Of a DNA stretch of 56,217 nt, positions 56,140-56,217 are shown one piece after another. A program made the position numbers and the translations under genes. This DNA is from Gemmatimonadota bacterium (lineage in GTDB: Bacteria; Gemmatimonadota; Gemmatimonadetes; Gemmatimonadales; GWC2-71-9). Positions within the stretch are counted from its first letter, which is position 1; every line of letters starts with the position of its first letter. The stretch is taken from NCBI GenBank assembly GCA_040389605.1, contig JAZJZU010000039.1, positions 1 to 56,217 of the forward strand, written 5' to 3'. The notes beneath the pieces were generated by a model. That model ran no database searches, was not told the DNA's origin, and was given only the letters and a program-made list of their open reading frames with translations.

Positions 56140-56217
56140 CTACGGGGCGCGCTGAATGTCGAGTCGCAGTTCGTACCAGCCATCGAGCTGCGCGTGGACG
56201 ACCCGCAGCCGGTGTCG
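56140..56217 (-). CDS. 3' end (25 codons) of an unidentified gene entering from beyond the window end
   Basis: The minus frame is open from 56217 and reads RHRLRVVHAQLDGWYELRLDIQRAP before stop TAG (plus-strand cta 56140..56142). Too short to identify. Confidence 0.25.
   Translation of the reverse strand, partial: RHRLRVVHAQLDGWYELRLDIQRAP

Noticed and set aside
1-56217. Search by eye for tRNA/rRNA genes, CRISPR arrays, IS elements, integrases, and direct or inverted terminal repeats that would mark an island
   Set aside because: No gap is long enough except 47438..47729, which shows no tRNA-like or repeat-spacer structure. No transposase, integrase or phage-like proteins appear among the translations. 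Composition looks uniform, apart from short AT-richer patches at 8985..9020, 22020..22040 and 47500..47550.

Overview
This is a very GC-rich, gene-dense chromosomal segment. It has almost no intergenic space and many ATGA/GTGA/TGATG start-stop overlaps. The host looks like a diderm bacterium, given a TolC-type outer-membrane factor, an Slt-type lytic transglycosylase and prepilin-type pseudopilins. The gene content is reminiscent of Gemmatimonadota-like lineages, but that is an impression only and no search was run. I can support about 50 CDS. I saw no rRNA, tRNA, CRISPR array, transposase, integrase or prophage remnant, so this does not look like an accessory island. Most genes are housekeeping: pentose-phosphate genes in two blocks (gnd-zwf-pgl and tkt-tal), fadI-fadJ beta-oxidation, a fused E2-E1o 2-oxoglutarate dehydrogenase, rho, rsgA, udk, gluQ, yciH, proline dehydrogenase, tryptophanase, two APC permeases, a DAACS symporter and an HME-type RND efflux triplet. 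The non-routine parts are as follows. (1) Eight consecutive prepilin-type genes are organised as two diverged tandem four-gene modules, with no major pilin or assembly machinery in the window. (2) A secreted protein is built from nine Cys-pair repeats, the last five at an exact 34-residue period, with a His/Met-rich insert. It is translationally coupled to a MazG-like pyrophosphohydrolase and preceded by a perfect 20-bp GATC-rich palindrome. (3) A tightly coupled string runs permease, tryptophanase, hybrid sensor kinase, X-Pro peptidase, ankyrin protein and rho, and this Rho has an Arg/Gly-rich N-terminus. (4) A tail-anchored pseudokinase lies next to a small stand-alone HNH nuclease. None of these can be called a new system from sequence inspection alone, so they are ranked as candidates. 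All functional calls come from motif recognition by eye in the supplied translations, and no database search was run.
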